From positions 1 to 52,559 of IMG/VR virus record IMGVR_UViG_3300023099_000002: a stretch of 52,559 bases of DNA, one strand, 5' to 3'. Both the position numbers and the translations under genes were made by a program. Of the stretch, positions 36,121 to 45,724 are shown piece after piece; the first letter of the stretch is position 1, and every line of letters begins with the position of its first letter. A model generated the notes under the pieces. That model had not been told where the DNA came from. It searched no databases and was given only the letters and a program-made list of their open reading frames with translations. Source of the stretch: a virus.

Positions 36121-36123
36121 TGT

Positions 36124-36654
36124 ATGAAAAGAAGTTCGCTGAGCCTTAAATTAAGGTTTGAGGTATTTAAACGTGATAACTTTACTTGCCAATATTGTGG
36201 TAATTCTATCCCAAAGGTAGTTTTAGAGGTTGACCACATTCACCCAGTAAGCAAAGGGGGTAAAAACAATTCTGACAACCTTATAACATCATGTTTTGAT
36301 TGCAATAGAGGCAAATCAAACAATGAACTTACTGAAATAATACCTTCATTATCCGAAAAAACATCTATAATAAAGGAAAAAGAGTTACAATATAAGCACT
36401 TTATTAAAGCGCAGCAGGAGGTTGAAGCAAGAATTGCCGAAGAAATAAATAATATTGATAATACTTTTACCAAATACTTTGCAGGATATCAGCTAAATGA
36501 ATTATTTAAAAATAGCTCACTTAAAAACTTTATATCAAAAATTGGGTACATACAAGTTAAAGAAAATTTATTGGAGGCAATTAGCCGAACTAATGAAAGT
36601 GAACACGCTATAAAGTATTTCTGTGCTATCTGTTGGAGACAAATTAAATCATAA
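36124..36654 (+). CDS. HNH endonuclease (free-standing)
   Basis: CQYCG....LEVDHIHPVSKGGKNNSDNLITSCFDCNRGK motif. Confidence 0.9.
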   Translation: MKRSSLSLKLRFEVFKRDNFTCQYCGNSIPKVVLEVDHIHPVSKGGKNNSDNLITSCFDCNRGKSNNELTEIIPSLSEKTSIIKEKELQYKHFIKAQQEVEARIAEEINNIDNTFTKYFAGYQLNELFKNSSLKNFISKIGYIQVKENLLEAISRTNESEHAIKYFCAICWRQIKS

Positions 36655-36671
36655 TAATACCTATAACCATA

Positions 36672-37364
36672 ATGGCAGATAACAATTTTGATGATAATAA
36701 AAACATGGGGTTTATTAGAATATTCCGTTCTATTAAAAATCACTGGTTATGGCAAGATGAGAAAAAATTGAAGTGGTGGTTTGATATACTTATATCTGCA
36801 AATTATTCAAGTCAAAAGGTTTTAATAAAGGGTTCTCTCATTGAGTGTGGCCGCGGTCAGTCTATTAAGAGTTTAGAAACTTGGGCGAAAGACTGGTTAA
36901 CAACTAAAAAAACCGTCCAAACTTTTTTTAAATTGCTATCATCAGATCGCATGATTTTAATTGAAAACCTAAAAGTTACTACACGGATAACTGTCTGTAA
37001 CTACGATAGTTATAACAATATGGTAAACGCTACTTACACCGCAGAGGAAACGGAGAGTAAACGCAGCCTACCCCCAAACAATAAGGGTAATAAGGATAAG
37101 AAGGTATATATTTTGCCTGACGGCGAACAAAAAAATTCTGAATTTCTTTCTTTTTGCTCATGGATAGAAAGGAACGCTCCATCACTTGGGCAAATGGAAA
37201 AACCAATAACACAAAAACAATACGAGGATTTAAAACACACATATACATTTACTCAAATAACTGATATGTGCCTTAAAATGGACAATAACAAGGCACTGAC
37301 CAAAAAATACAAATCAGCTCATTTTACCCTAACCAACTGGATAAAAAACTATGGCACTAAATAA
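36672..37364 (+). CDS. replication initiator / helicase-loader-like protein
   Basis: N-terminal winged-helix-like region (FIRIFRSI..HWLW...). Its end overlaps the dnaB start by 14 nt. Confidence 0.45.
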   Translation: MADNNFDDNKNMGFIRIFRSIKNHWLWQDEKKLKWWFDILISANYSSQKVLIKGSLIECGRGQSIKSLETWAKDWLTTKKTVQTFFKLLSSDRMILIENLKVTTRITVCNYDSYNNMVNATYTAEETESKRSLPPNNKGNKDKKVYILPDGEQKNSEFLSFCSWIERNAPSLGQMEKPITQKQYEDLKHTYTFTQITDMCLKMDNNKALTKKYKSAHFTLTNWIKNYGTK

Positions 37365-38808
37365 ACCAAAGCCCGCAATAAGCACCCTGTTATTGGGCAA
37401 AGTTCCACCGCAAGCAATAGAACTTGAAGCGGCAGTATTAGCTGCCTGTATGTTGGAGCGTGAAACATTCGATACGGTTATGCCCATCATACATAGTCCT
37501 GAATGCTTTTATATAGAGGCACACCAAAAGGTATATGAGGCCATGTTGTCTCTGAATAACAAGCATACCCCTATAGACCTGCTAACAATATCCGAGGAAT
37601 TACGGAAATTGAATACCATTGAAATAGTCGGCGGGCCGTATGAATTAACCCAGTTAAGCAGATCAGTAACAAGCACCGCACACGTTGAAGCACATGCAAG
37701 GATAGTGATCGAGAAATTCAATGCAAGGGAGCTTATCAGGATTTGTGGCAATGCCATATCTCAGGCTTACGATGAGAGCATAGACATTTTCGACCTTACC
37801 GAAGATACTGAACGCAGCGTAAGGAGCATAAGCGAAGGGTTATCGAGTGAAAGTTCAACACCAGTGGGTGAAACATACGAAGATATACTCATGGAAATTG
37901 AGGAAAGAAAGATTAACCCAACCCCTATAGCTGGGATAGATACCGGGTACGCCGAAATAAACGAGGTAACAAATGGTTGGCAAAAATCAGAACTGATAAT
38001 TTTAGCCGCAAGACCATCGCAGGGTAAAACGGCTTTTGCGCTTAATCTTGCCATGAATGCGGCGTTATCTACCACCAGCCCTTGCAATGTATTGGTGTTT
38101 TCGTTAGAGGCCAGTAAATCGGCATTGGTTAAAAGGTTGGCTGCAGCTAAAAACGAGGTCGCATTGACTGATATTCGCAAAGGCATACTTACCGACTATC
38201 AGGAAAGCAAAATGATGCAGGGGCTACCTGTATTCCGAAATATGAAATTCAGGATAGATGATAAGTCTCAAAACCTAATGAAGATAATAGGTGCTATCCG
38301 AAGGGAGAAAAAGAAACGACCAGACTTGCAGCTAATCATAATCGACTATTTACAGCTGATACGTGGCATAAAGGATAAAAATAGCAACAGGGAGCAGGAA
38401 GTAGCCAATATTACCCGTGAACTAAAACTATTGGCTACTGAATTGGAGATTGCCATTATCGCACTATCGCAGCTTAACCGAGAAACTATGAAGCAGGCAG
38501 GCGGTAAACCTGGACTTCATAACCTTCGTGAATCAGGGGCAATAGAGCAGGATGCAAATATTGTGATGTTTATTTGGCATGAGGAAATTGGTACAGACCC
38601 GCAGGGAAATGAAGAAATTAAAACATGGATATTGATTGAAAAAAACAGAGATGGTAAATGTGGGCCAGTGGAACTATACTTTGCAAAAGATATTCAGGCA
38701 TGGGTAAGCATGAGTAAGCGTGAAGATCAGCAAGCGTTCGCACCTAAGCCCAATGCGGGATTTCAACAGGCAATGCCAGACATTAAAAATTTCAATTGGG
38801 ACGACTAA
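37351..38808 (+). CDS. dnaB: replicative DNA helicase DnaB
   Basis: DnaB N-terminal domain (PPQAIELEAAVLAA), Walker A ARPSQGKTAF, IIDYLQL and SQLNR motifs. Normal length with no intein. Confidence 0.95.
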   Translation: MALNKPKPAISTLLLGKVPPQAIELEAAVLAACMLERETFDTVMPIIHSPECFYIEAHQKVYEAMLSLNNKHTPIDLLTISEELRKLNTIEIVGGPYELTQLSRSVTSTAHVEAHARIVIEKFNARELIRICGNAISQAYDESIDIFDLTEDTERSVRSISEGLSSESSTPVGETYEDILMEIEERKINPTPIAGIDTGYAEINEVTNGWQKSELIILAARPSQGKTAFALNLAMNAALSTTSPCNVLVFSLEASKSALVKRLAAAKNEVALTDIRKGILTDYQESKMMQGLPVFRNMKFRIDDKSQNLMKIIGAIRREKKKRPDLQLIIIDYLQLIRGIKDKNSNREQEVANITRELKLLATELEIAIIALSQLNRETMKQAGGKPGLHNLRESGAIEQDANIVMFIWHEEIGTDPQGNEEIKTWILIEKNRDGKCGPVELYFAKDIQAWVSMSKREDQQAFAPKPNAGFQQAMPDIKNFNWDD

Positions 38809-38844
38809 ACCCCTTTAACTCACACCTGAACTAAAAAAGAGAAA

Positions 38845-39027
38845 ATGAAATCTCGAACGCAAGTAATTATATCAATATTTATATTTTCAATCTGCCTGAT
38901 ATTATGGGGACTTATGTTTGCGTATCTATTGCATAGCTCGTGTAGAAGCTGGCCTATGTTCTTAGGGACCGGATTAATACTCGTATTAAATCTTATACAC
39001 TCAATAAGGCAAATAACAACCACATGA
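38845..39027 (+). CDS. small two-TM membrane protein
   Basis: 60 aa. ATGA overlap with the next gene. Confidence 0.5.
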   Translation: MKSRTQVIISIFIFSICLILWGLMFAYLLHSSCRSWPMFLGTGLILVLNLIHSIRQITTT

Positions 39028-39395
39028 GCCGCAATACCACACACCACACCAAATCGCCAAAGGAACACGGCAAGGAATCGCAGGAAACGGTATTGCAGCA
39101 CGGCGGCCTTTGCAAAGAATACGTATCTGAACTAAAAGAAGATTTGTATTATGACCTTTTGGATAAGTATGTACAGCTACAGGCAGATATGAGAAAGCAA
39201 AGCAGCCTTCATAAAAAGTTGTACGTTAAATTCATGTCTTTACGTGCTATTACGGATGAAGAATATTTAAAACAATTCGGTTTCCATAATGATTTTCTCA
39301 AAATGGTTATTAGTACAGTGTATAAGCACGGAGGCGATTTTAGTGCCTGCGCTAAAGAGTTTGAAAAAATGAAAATTAAAACCACCGCACCATGA
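39024..39395 (+). CDS. hypothetical protein
   Basis: 123-aa ORF. Confidence 0.55.
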   Translation: MSRNTTHHTKSPKEHGKESQETVLQHGGLCKEYVSELKEDLYYDLLDKYVQLQADMRKQSSLHKKLYVKFMSLRAITDEEYLKQFGFHNDFLKMVISTVYKHGGDFSACAKEFEKMKIKTTAP

Positions 39396-39571
39396 CCGAA
39401 AAAAAAATCAACCCCGATATATTTAAACCACGCAAGAAAGGATCAGGCGGAAAGCGTGAAGGCGCAGGTAGACCCAAAACAACCGCCTACGCTCAGCGAA
39501 TATGGGTAACACCTGAAGAAAAAGGAATTATATTAAATCTAAGAAATAATGTACAGGTAATCAAAAAGTAG
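39392..39571 (+). CDS. 59-aa basic protein (GAGRPK motif)
   Basis: Absent from the track. ATGA overlap at its start. Confidence 0.4.
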   Translation: MTEKKINPDIFKPRKKGSGGKREGAGRPKTTAYAQRIWVTPEEKGIILNLRNNVQVIKK

Positions 39572-39573
39572 TT

Positions 39574-39581
39574 TACCTTTA
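39574..39581 (+). promoter_or_regulatory. -7-like box TACCTTTA, extended TTTACACCA, leaderless spacing
   Basis: ATG 39586 lies 5 nt after the box. Confidence 0.5.
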
Positions 39582-39585
39582 CACC

Positions 39586-39897
39586 ATGATAAGCACATTC
39601 ACTTACAGCGCTGAGTATATAAAAAACAAAATATCAGAAATAAATGGTAAAAATCCTGATTTTTCTTTTGCTTCATATTCGGACACAAATGGACTTTCAA
39701 TATATTTCATTGACGAAACGGGGACAAAGCATAGGTATTCAGACCATCCATGCAGCGATAAGAAAGGCTATATTAATCACTCGCTGGTCACAAAAAAGGC
39801 GGAAAAACAAGTTAAAGTTAAAATAACATACAAAACAATATTCTTTACTACGCCAGAAGGAAAAAAGACAGCTTTTACTTTCGAGTGTATAAACTAA
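39586..39897 (+). CDS. hypothetical protein
   Basis: 103 aa. ATG abuts TACCTTTACACC (leaderless arrangement). Confidence 0.55.
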   Translation: MISTFTYSAEYIKNKISEINGKNPDFSFASYSDTNGLSIYFIDETGTKHRYSDHPCSDKKGYINHSLVTKKAEKQVKVKITYKTIFFTTPEGKKTAFTFECIN

Positions 39898-39987
39898 TAA
39901 ACCATGACAAATGGTACATGGCACTATTGCTCAAGCCCGTATTTATGGAAGCCACCGCCCGCAATTTGATAATCCGGATTATTTGCG

Positions 39988-39995
39988 TAATTTTG
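39988..39995 (+). promoter_or_regulatory. -7 box TAATTTTG, leaderless spacing (terS)
   Basis: ATG 40000 lies 5 nt after the G. Confidence 0.5.
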
Positions 39996-39999
39996 GGGC

Positions 40000-40470
40000 A
40001 TGGCTGCACCGGTACAAAATCAGTTTTGGAAACAAAGAAGTAAACATGGCCGTGATGTTCTTTTCGCTACTGCTGATTTACTTTGGGATTCAGCCTGTGA
40101 ATATTTTCAATACTGCGATGATAACCCAATACTAACTGTTGAGTTTAACGGAAAGGATGCAGTAGAGTGCATTGTACCTAAAATGAGAGCTTACACACTA
40201 TCAGGATTATGTTTATATCTTGATTGCGGTACTAATTATTTTAGGCAATTCAAAGAATCAGAATTAGGCAAGACTAAAGATTTTTCGTTTATCATATCAC
40301 GTATAGAGGAAACTTGTTATACTCAAAAGTTCGAAGGGGCTGCTGCTGGTGTGCTAAATGCTAACATAATTTCAAGAGATCTTGGGCTTGCTGACAAGCA
40401 AATAAATGAAAATACGCACACTGTAAGTGATGATATGCTCAGGAGTATTGCAGATAAACTTAATGCTTGA
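40000..40470 (+). CDS. terS: terminase small subunit
   Basis: N-terminal FWKQRSKHGRD.LF....LW..ACEYFQYCDDNP and AYTLSGLCLYL motifs typical of a phage TerS family. Immediately upstream of terL. Confidence 0.6.
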   Translation: MAAPVQNQFWKQRSKHGRDVLFATADLLWDSACEYFQYCDDNPILTVEFNGKDAVECIVPKMRAYTLSGLCLYLDCGTNYFRQFKESELGKTKDFSFIISRIEETCYTQKFEGAAAGVLNANIISRDLGLADKQINENTHTVSDDMLRSIADKLNA

Positions 40471-41861
40471 TTAACCCAGTACTTGCATCTAAATTCATGT
40501 CCCGCCTGACGCAATCAGAGCGGGATATTTTATTATCTACTGGTGGGATAGTGCCGGTTAATGATATATACATGCCTTATTGGGGACAATATCAACGTCA
40601 TAAAATATTCTATGGTGGTCGTGGTAGCGGTAAGTCTAAATATATTGCTCAGGATCTGGTGAATAAATGCGCCAACCATACATACTTTAAGTACCAATAT
40701 TCCCGAAAGCACCAGGTAGACATAAAAGAGAGCCAATATGAGCTACTGAAGCAGACAATCAGCGAGTATAAGCTATGGCGTGACTTCACATTCAATGCAT
40801 CTACGCTACGAATTACCCACAGATCTGGAAATTGTTTCATAGCGAAAGGAATGGATGACCCGGAAAAATCAAAGGGAACAGTAGATCTTAATGGTTTTTG
40901 GGGGGAGGAAATAACCGAGTTTGACCAAGAAGATATTGTGGGTATTAATCAGAACCTACGTACACTTAAAGGGCCAATAGAGGCCGTTTATAGCTTCAAT
41001 CCTATCCATGAGGAACATTGGGTGCGACATTATTTTTTCTCTCAACAGGATGCGCATAAACTGAAAGAGGATTTCGTTAACAGTGTAGCAATACGCAGCA
41101 CATTGTACCATAATCACTTCATAAATCAGGAACAATATGCCAATGAATTGATAATCGGTGCAAGCGGCAATCAGAATATCATAAAAGTGGTCTTAGAGGG
41201 CGATTGGGGTATAACAGAGAACGGCAACCCGTGGCTTCATGCATTCCGTGATATTGGTCTTAAAAATAGTCATATTGCATCGGTGCCATTCATGCAATCA
41301 TACCCGGTTTACCTCACATTCGACATTAACGCAGATCCGCTAAGCTGTACGGCATGGCAGATGACAGAGCGCAAGGGCGGCATCGGTTGTTTCCTTCATT
41401 GCATAAATGAGTTTGGTGGTCATATCAAGGTTGAGGACATATGTCAGCATATACGTGCGGCATACCCATCAAGCATATTTTACATCACCGGTGATAGATC
41501 AGGGCAGAATCAGGACGTAGGGCGTAACCAGACGATATACCAGATTATACAATCTCTTCTAAACCTGAGCGATAAGCAACTACTGCTAGAAACGCATAAC
41601 CTTGAGCACGCAGACAGCCGGTTGCTGTGTAATGCCATGTTTACACACTATCCTATACTGATAGACCCCAAGTGTAAGAACCTGATTAACGACTGCCGCA
41701 AAGCTACGGTAGACCCAGATAGCGTGAAAGGCTCACAACTACTCAAAGACCGTGGCAACTACAAAATGGATTACTTCGATGGCATGCGTTACCTGATGCA
41801 GCGCATGTTCAATAAGTACATAAAAGATCAATATCTTGCCGTTCTTAATAAAAATAAGTAA
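40467..41861 (+). CDS. terL: terminase large subunit
   Basis: Walker A FYGGRGSGKSK, a 464-aa ATPase plus nuclease layout (PBSX/Terminase_3-like by recollection). TTG at 40467 overlaps the terS stop. Alternative ATG at 40497. Confidence 0.9.
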   Translation: MINPVLASKFMSRLTQSERDILLSTGGIVPVNDIYMPYWGQYQRHKIFYGGRGSGKSKYIAQDLVNKCANHTYFKYQYSRKHQVDIKESQYELLKQTISEYKLWRDFTFNASTLRITHRSGNCFIAKGMDDPEKSKGTVDLNGFWGEEITEFDQEDIVGINQNLRTLKGPIEAVYSFNPIHEEHWVRHYFFSQQDAHKLKEDFVNSVAIRSTLYHNHFINQEQYANELIIGASGNQNIIKVVLEGDWGITENGNPWLHAFRDIGLKNSHIASVPFMQSYPVYLTFDINADPLSCTAWQMTERKGGIGCFLHCINEFGGHIKVEDICQHIRAAYPSSIFYITGDRSGQNQDVGRNQTIYQIIQSLLNLSDKQLLLETHNLEHADSRLLCNAMFTHYPILIDPKCKNLINDCRKATVDPDSVKGSQLLKDRGNYKMDYFDGMRYLMQRMFNKYIKDQYLAVLNKNK

Positions 41862-41869
41862 TATTGCTT

Positions 41870-42427
41870 ATGACTTACAAAGACAATCCGGATTTTGTCG
41901 CTGTATATACACACGAGCCAACCGGTACTATATTTTACTCACCAACAGAGATTTACGGGTATCACAAGAGCCGGGAAATGGCCATGCAGGAGCAAGACAC
42001 CTACAGCCGGTGCGGCATTTCTAAAGAAGTTCTACAGTCTTTCACTGATACCCTGCTGTCACACGCGAATAAGCAGCTGAATTCAGATACACTACGCACA
42101 GATATAGGCGTAATAGCCAATAACATAAAGTACCGAATGACTACCATAGTGGACCAGCAGTGCGCTATACGCATGGGCGCATTGGCATGTATGGTTGAAG
42201 GGGAACCGCATGACCGTGTTGTTGATGCGTGGACGCAGAAGAAAGTAAGAATGGCTAATGAACACCCTGATATTTATGATTTTTTTTTGCACTTGGGTAT
42301 CGCATTTACACCGGAATATGCAGCAGCCTTGCGTGGTTTAACGGCAAGGGAATATTTTCAACAGAGGGATCAGATACTAAGTGGTCTGACTGCAATATCC
42401 ACCCTCAAACAATCGCCAACGACATAA
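41870..42427 (+). CDS. hypothetical protein downstream of terL
   Basis: ATG 41870 (the track uses TTG 41864). 185 aa. Confidence 0.6.
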   Translation: MTYKDNPDFVAVYTHEPTGTIFYSPTEIYGYHKSREMAMQEQDTYSRCGISKEVLQSFTDTLLSHANKQLNSDTLRTDIGVIANNIKYRMTTIVDQQCAIRMGALACMVEGEPHDRVVDAWTQKKVRMANEHPDIYDFFLHLGIAFTPEYAAALRGLTAREYFQQRDQILSGLTAISTLKQSPTT

Positions 42428-42435
42428 GAGACGGC

Positions 42436-42591
42436 GTGCTGCAATCTGCACTTGCACGGAGCGAGGGCAACCAAAGGGATGCGGATTATCTTATTGACTG
42501 TGAATATTTCGAGTACTACCACAGATGCTACCAATACAAAAAGTACACTGATACAGTTAAAGAACAAATGAAAACCAATACAACTGCCTAA
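42436..42591 (+). CDS. 51-aa Cys/Tyr-rich peptide (weak, GTG start)
   Basis: Absent from the track. Fills an otherwise empty 166-nt gap and ends 2 nt before the next ATG. Confidence 0.25.
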   Translation: MLQSALARSEGNQRDADYLIDCEYFEYYHRCYQYKKYTDTVKEQMKTNTTA

Positions 42592-42593
42592 CC

Positions 42594-43094
42594 ATGATAA
42601 AAACAATTGAACACAACGGGAATTTATATCCCGCATTCCAGGCAGAAGGATTTGCCGCTAAGTTTGCTATCCCTTTTGCGCAGCAGGTATGTAAGGGTGT
42701 AGGTTATGATGTAGGGTGTAACCGTAAAGAATGGGCATTCCCGGGGGCATTGTGTATTGATCCTGCTATTAATCCTGAATACGATGCCTATAATTTACCC
42801 CATGGGGTAGCTGATTACATATTCAGTTCGCACTGTGCGGAACATTTGCAGGATTGGGTGTCAGTTTTAGACTATTGGCAGACCAAAATAAAGACAGGTG
42901 GTGTACTATTTCTATACCTACCCGACTACTCACAAACATACTGGCGGCCACAACATAACCGGAAGCATATACACAGTTTCACGCCTGAGATAATCAGAAA
43001 CTACCTGAAAGATCGTGGATGGCTGAATATATTCGTAAGCGGTGTTGACCTGAATAACAGTTTCATGGCGATGGCTCAAAACGGTGATATATGA
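42594..43094 (+). CDS. class I SAM-dependent methyltransferase-like protein
   Basis: VGYDVGCN (motif I-like), DYIFSSHCAEHL and GGVLFLYLP motifs. Confidence 0.55.
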   Translation: MIKTIEHNGNLYPAFQAEGFAAKFAIPFAQQVCKGVGYDVGCNRKEWAFPGALCIDPAINPEYDAYNLPHGVADYIFSSHCAEHLQDWVSVLDYWQTKIKTGGVLFLYLPDYSQTYWRPQHNRKHIHSFTPEIIRNYLKDRGWLNIFVSGVDLNNSFMAMAQNGDI

Positions 43095-44386
43095 AAACAG
43101 CCTTAGTAATACCCATGTTCAATAGGCCAAAGTACGTGGCACAATGCTTTGCATCACTCGAAAATGCTAACATACCCGATAATGTCCTGATAGTATTGGT
43201 TGACGATGGCAGCACCGAACAGATGCCGTTTTTGTCATTGCCTCATAAGTATATTAAGCAGACAAATACAGGCGTTAAGGGGGCATTGCTTGCTGGGTTA
43301 GAGTATGCCATCAAGCAGGGGTGCGGTATGTTTATTAATCTTGATAGTGATGCTATAGTAAAGCCTGATTTCATAGAGGAATTACTAAAGGTGCGAAAAG
43401 AATCAGGAGAAACATATATTGTTTCAGGATTTAATAATCCCAAAGAGCCAGTAACCGATCATTACGAAAGTTATTGCATTAAGGCGCGCGCCAATGGTAT
43501 TAATATGCTTTTTGACAAAAAGATATACACTGCATTTATTAAACCTGCACTTAAAGAAGCAGCAGGTAATTGGGACTTTTCGGCATCTACAAAGTGTTGT
43601 GGGGTAGCCATTACAATCCCATCAGTGGTACAGCACATAGGATTGCAATCCAGCATGGGGCATACAGGTGCAGACGTAGCCCAAGACTTCAAGCAGTTGT
43701 CATTGCCTAACGTCACCCTATTCGGTATAGATAGCCATGATGTAATGGGCATAGAACGAGCCGCAACCATAAGCCAGCGTGATATAGATTTTGGCGGCGT
43801 GAAGATCATTACTGAAGATCTATTTACTAAAGGCGGCAATAACGAGGTAAGGCGCAATGATTACAGCCGTTTCATGCTTAAAGAACTAACTAAGCAGTTT
43901 GATACCAGCCATGTGCTAACAATACATGCTGATGGGTATATAGTGAACTTTAACGCATGGGATAACGATTGGCTACAGTACGACTACATAGGTGCTACAT
44001 GGATTTATAAAGATGGCATGAATGTAGGTAATGGTGGCTTCAGCTTGCGAAGTAAAAAGCTATGCGATATACTAGCTGATAATCCATTAGAACACATGCA
44101 CCCTGAGGATCACTGTATATGCCGGATATACCGCAAGAGCTTAGAAAATGATTTCGGTATTAAATTCGCTCCTGCCGAGGTGGCCGATAAGTTCAGCATA
44201 GAGGCTTACGGTTCTAATGCTATCCGCGGAGCCAATATGTACTCCGGGCAATTCGGATTTCATAGCAGGCATGTTGATTTCTCTCATAGTGGCATACCTG
44301 CTGAAATGTTACTACCCGCCACATATCCGGTAAGCTCAAAATTGAGCGCACTAAATAAGAAAAATACTGTACATTTGACACGTTAA
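43091..44386 (+). CDS. two-domain glycosyltransferase: N-terminal GT-A/GT2 plus a C-terminal DUF5672-like domain
   Basis: ALVIPMFNRP...LVDDGS...NLDSDA (DxD) motifs, with C-terminal GNGGFSLRSKK. ATGA-coupled to the methyltransferase. Confidence 0.7.
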   Translation: MKTALVIPMFNRPKYVAQCFASLENANIPDNVLIVLVDDGSTEQMPFLSLPHKYIKQTNTGVKGALLAGLEYAIKQGCGMFINLDSDAIVKPDFIEELLKVRKESGETYIVSGFNNPKEPVTDHYESYCIKARANGINMLFDKKIYTAFIKPALKEAAGNWDFSASTKCCGVAITIPSVVQHIGLQSSMGHTGADVAQDFKQLSLPNVTLFGIDSHDVMGIERAATISQRDIDFGGVKIITEDLFTKGGNNEVRRNDYSRFMLKELTKQFDTSHVLTIHADGYIVNFNAWDNDWLQYDYIGATWIYKDGMNVGNGGFSLRSKKLCDILADNPLEHMHPEDHCICRIYRKSLENDFGIKFAPAEVADKFSIEAYGSNAIRGANMYSGQFGFHSRHVDFSHSGIPAEMLLPATYPVSSKLSALNKKNTVHLTR

Positions 44387-44415
44387 TCTATTTTCCGGTG
44401 GAGGAACACGAATAA

Positions 44416-44445
44416 AAAATGCCCGCAATAATATGCGGGCATTTT
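44416..44445. terminator. terminator hairpin between the GT gene and the HNH cassette
   Basis: AAAATGCCCGCA-ATAATA-TGCGGGCATTTT (12 bp including the A/T tracts). Confidence 0.75.
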
Positions 44446-44447
44446 CG

Positions 44448-44455
44448 TATCTTTG
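44448..44455 (+). promoter_or_regulatory. -7 box TATCTTTG (HNH cassette promoter)
   Basis: Directly after the terminator hairpin and 21 nt before ATG 44476. Confidence 0.5.
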
Positions 44456-44475
44456 AATTGCTAAAAACAAAAGAT

Positions 44476-45021
44476 ATGAACGAAGTTACGGAAATATTCC
44501 TACCCATTAAAGGCTACGAAGGTATTTATGAAATATCAAACCTCGGAAGAGTAAAATCTTTAGACAGACCTGTAAATACTGTATTAGGCAAGAAAAAGGT
44601 AAGCGCCACTAGAATAATCAAGGGACAAATAAAAAAACAATTTATAGACATCGGTGGATATAAGGTTGTGAGTTTATCTGTAAAATGCAAAACTGTAAGC
44701 CGAAAAGTACATTGTTTAGTTGCTCAGTCTTTTATACCTAATCCTAACCACATTGATTGTAATAAGCAGAACAACCATGTTACTAATTTAGAATGGTGTA
44801 CAGCTTCTGAAAACATGAGGCATGCATATTCTAATAATTTGGTTAGAATAAGTAAGGGTGAAAACAGGCATAATTCAAGATTTACTAATGAGCAAGCTAA
44901 AGCTATATATAGTAGTCCATTGTCAGCAGAAGCATTATCTTTAGAATACAACGTTCACATAAGAACCATATATTCCATAAAACAAGGAGTAAATTATTCA
45001 TCAATAACAAAAGGATTATAA
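44476..45021 (+). CDS. HNH homing endonuclease (NUMOD4 plus HNH_3 type)
   Basis: GYEGIYEISNLGRVKS (NUMOD4) and HIDCNKQNNHVTNLEWCTASENMRHA motifs. The track start at 44419 lies inside a terminator hairpin. Confidence 0.85.
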   Translation: MNEVTEIFLPIKGYEGIYEISNLGRVKSLDRPVNTVLGKKKVSATRIIKGQIKKQFIDIGGYKVVSLSVKCKTVSRKVHCLVAQSFIPNPNHIDCNKQNNHVTNLEWCTASENMRHAYSNNLVRISKGENRHNSRFTNEQAKAIYSSPLSAEALSLEYNVHIRTIYSIKQGVNYSSITKGL

Positions 45022-45022
45022 A

Positions 45023-45724
45023 ATGACAATAATACCAAACCAGCCATTTGGCCACGGCGATATTCATTTTACAATAACACTTGCAAAAATAATAGCAGAC
45101 GGCAGACCTATTTTATGGCCTATATTCCCACAATTTGTAGAGGGATTTAATAGGGCTTTCCCAGATATTACATTCGTTGATTGGAGAACATTACAGATAG
45201 ACTACAACAATACAAATCAATATGAATGTATAGTAGAAAACGTAGGTGTTTGCACTATTTTGCCTTTCAGGTTTGCAGGTGATTTGTTAAAGTTGCCTTA
45301 TAGATATGTGATGAAGGCAAAGTACCTACTTTATGGCTTAGACTGGCAGATATGGAAAGAGCAGGCGATGTGGGTAAGGGATACTAGCAAAGAGTACGAC
45401 ATTGCATTTGATAATTATATAGGCTCAAAAAATCCTAATATTCTCATTAATAATACCTTTGGTAGCGAAGGAAATTTAAGGATTAATATCCCAATAAAAG
45501 GAGTTGAAATGAAAATAACTAATGGGATCAGCCTGTTTGATTATTCCAAATTGATCGAAGATGCCACCGAAATACACACCGTATCCACCTCAATTATTTA
45601 CCTGCTTGAAATGCTCGATCTTACAGCAAAGGAGATCCACCTGTACCCAAGAGTTCCTATAGAAACTGATTTTAAAAACATTGATTATTTGCTTCAAAAG
45701 CATAAATATATACCGCATGCATAG
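45023..45724 (+). CDS. hypothetical protein, possibly a GT-B/heptosyltransferase-like sugar transferase (tentative)
   Basis: N-terminal G.GD pattern and C-terminal SLFDYSKLIEDATEIHTVSTSIIYL, resembling GT9 donor-site regions. Confidence 0.35.
   Translation: MTIIPNQPFGHGDIHFTITLAKIIADGRPILWPIFPQFVEGFNRAFPDITFVDWRTLQIDYNNTNQYECIVENVGVCTILPFRFAGDLLKLPYRYVMKAKYLLYGLDWQIWKEQAMWVRDTSKEYDIAFDNYIGSKNPNILINNTFGSEGNLRINIPIKGVEMKITNGISLFDYSKLIEDATEIHTVSTSIIYLLEMLDLTAKEIHLYPRVPIETDFKNIDYLLQKHKYIPHA

Larger units (their letters stand above)
36041..36654 (+). mobile_element. free-standing HNH endonuclease cassette between the nuclease and replication genes
   Basis: Hairpin/T-tract, a -7-like box and the HNH ORF. 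Flanked by a 190-nt and an 17-nt gap. Confidence 0.35.
44416..45021 (+). mobile_element. free-standing HNH homing-endonuclease cassette (terminator + promoter + gene) inserted within the glycosyltransferase cluster
   Basis: The cassette is self-contained and interrupts otherwise tightly coupled genes. Confidence 0.45.

Noticed and set aside
39911-40135. ORF 39911..40135 (74 aa), overlapping terS
   Set aside because: It is out of frame with a recognisable terS N-terminus, and the TAATTTTG box is positioned for ATG 40000.
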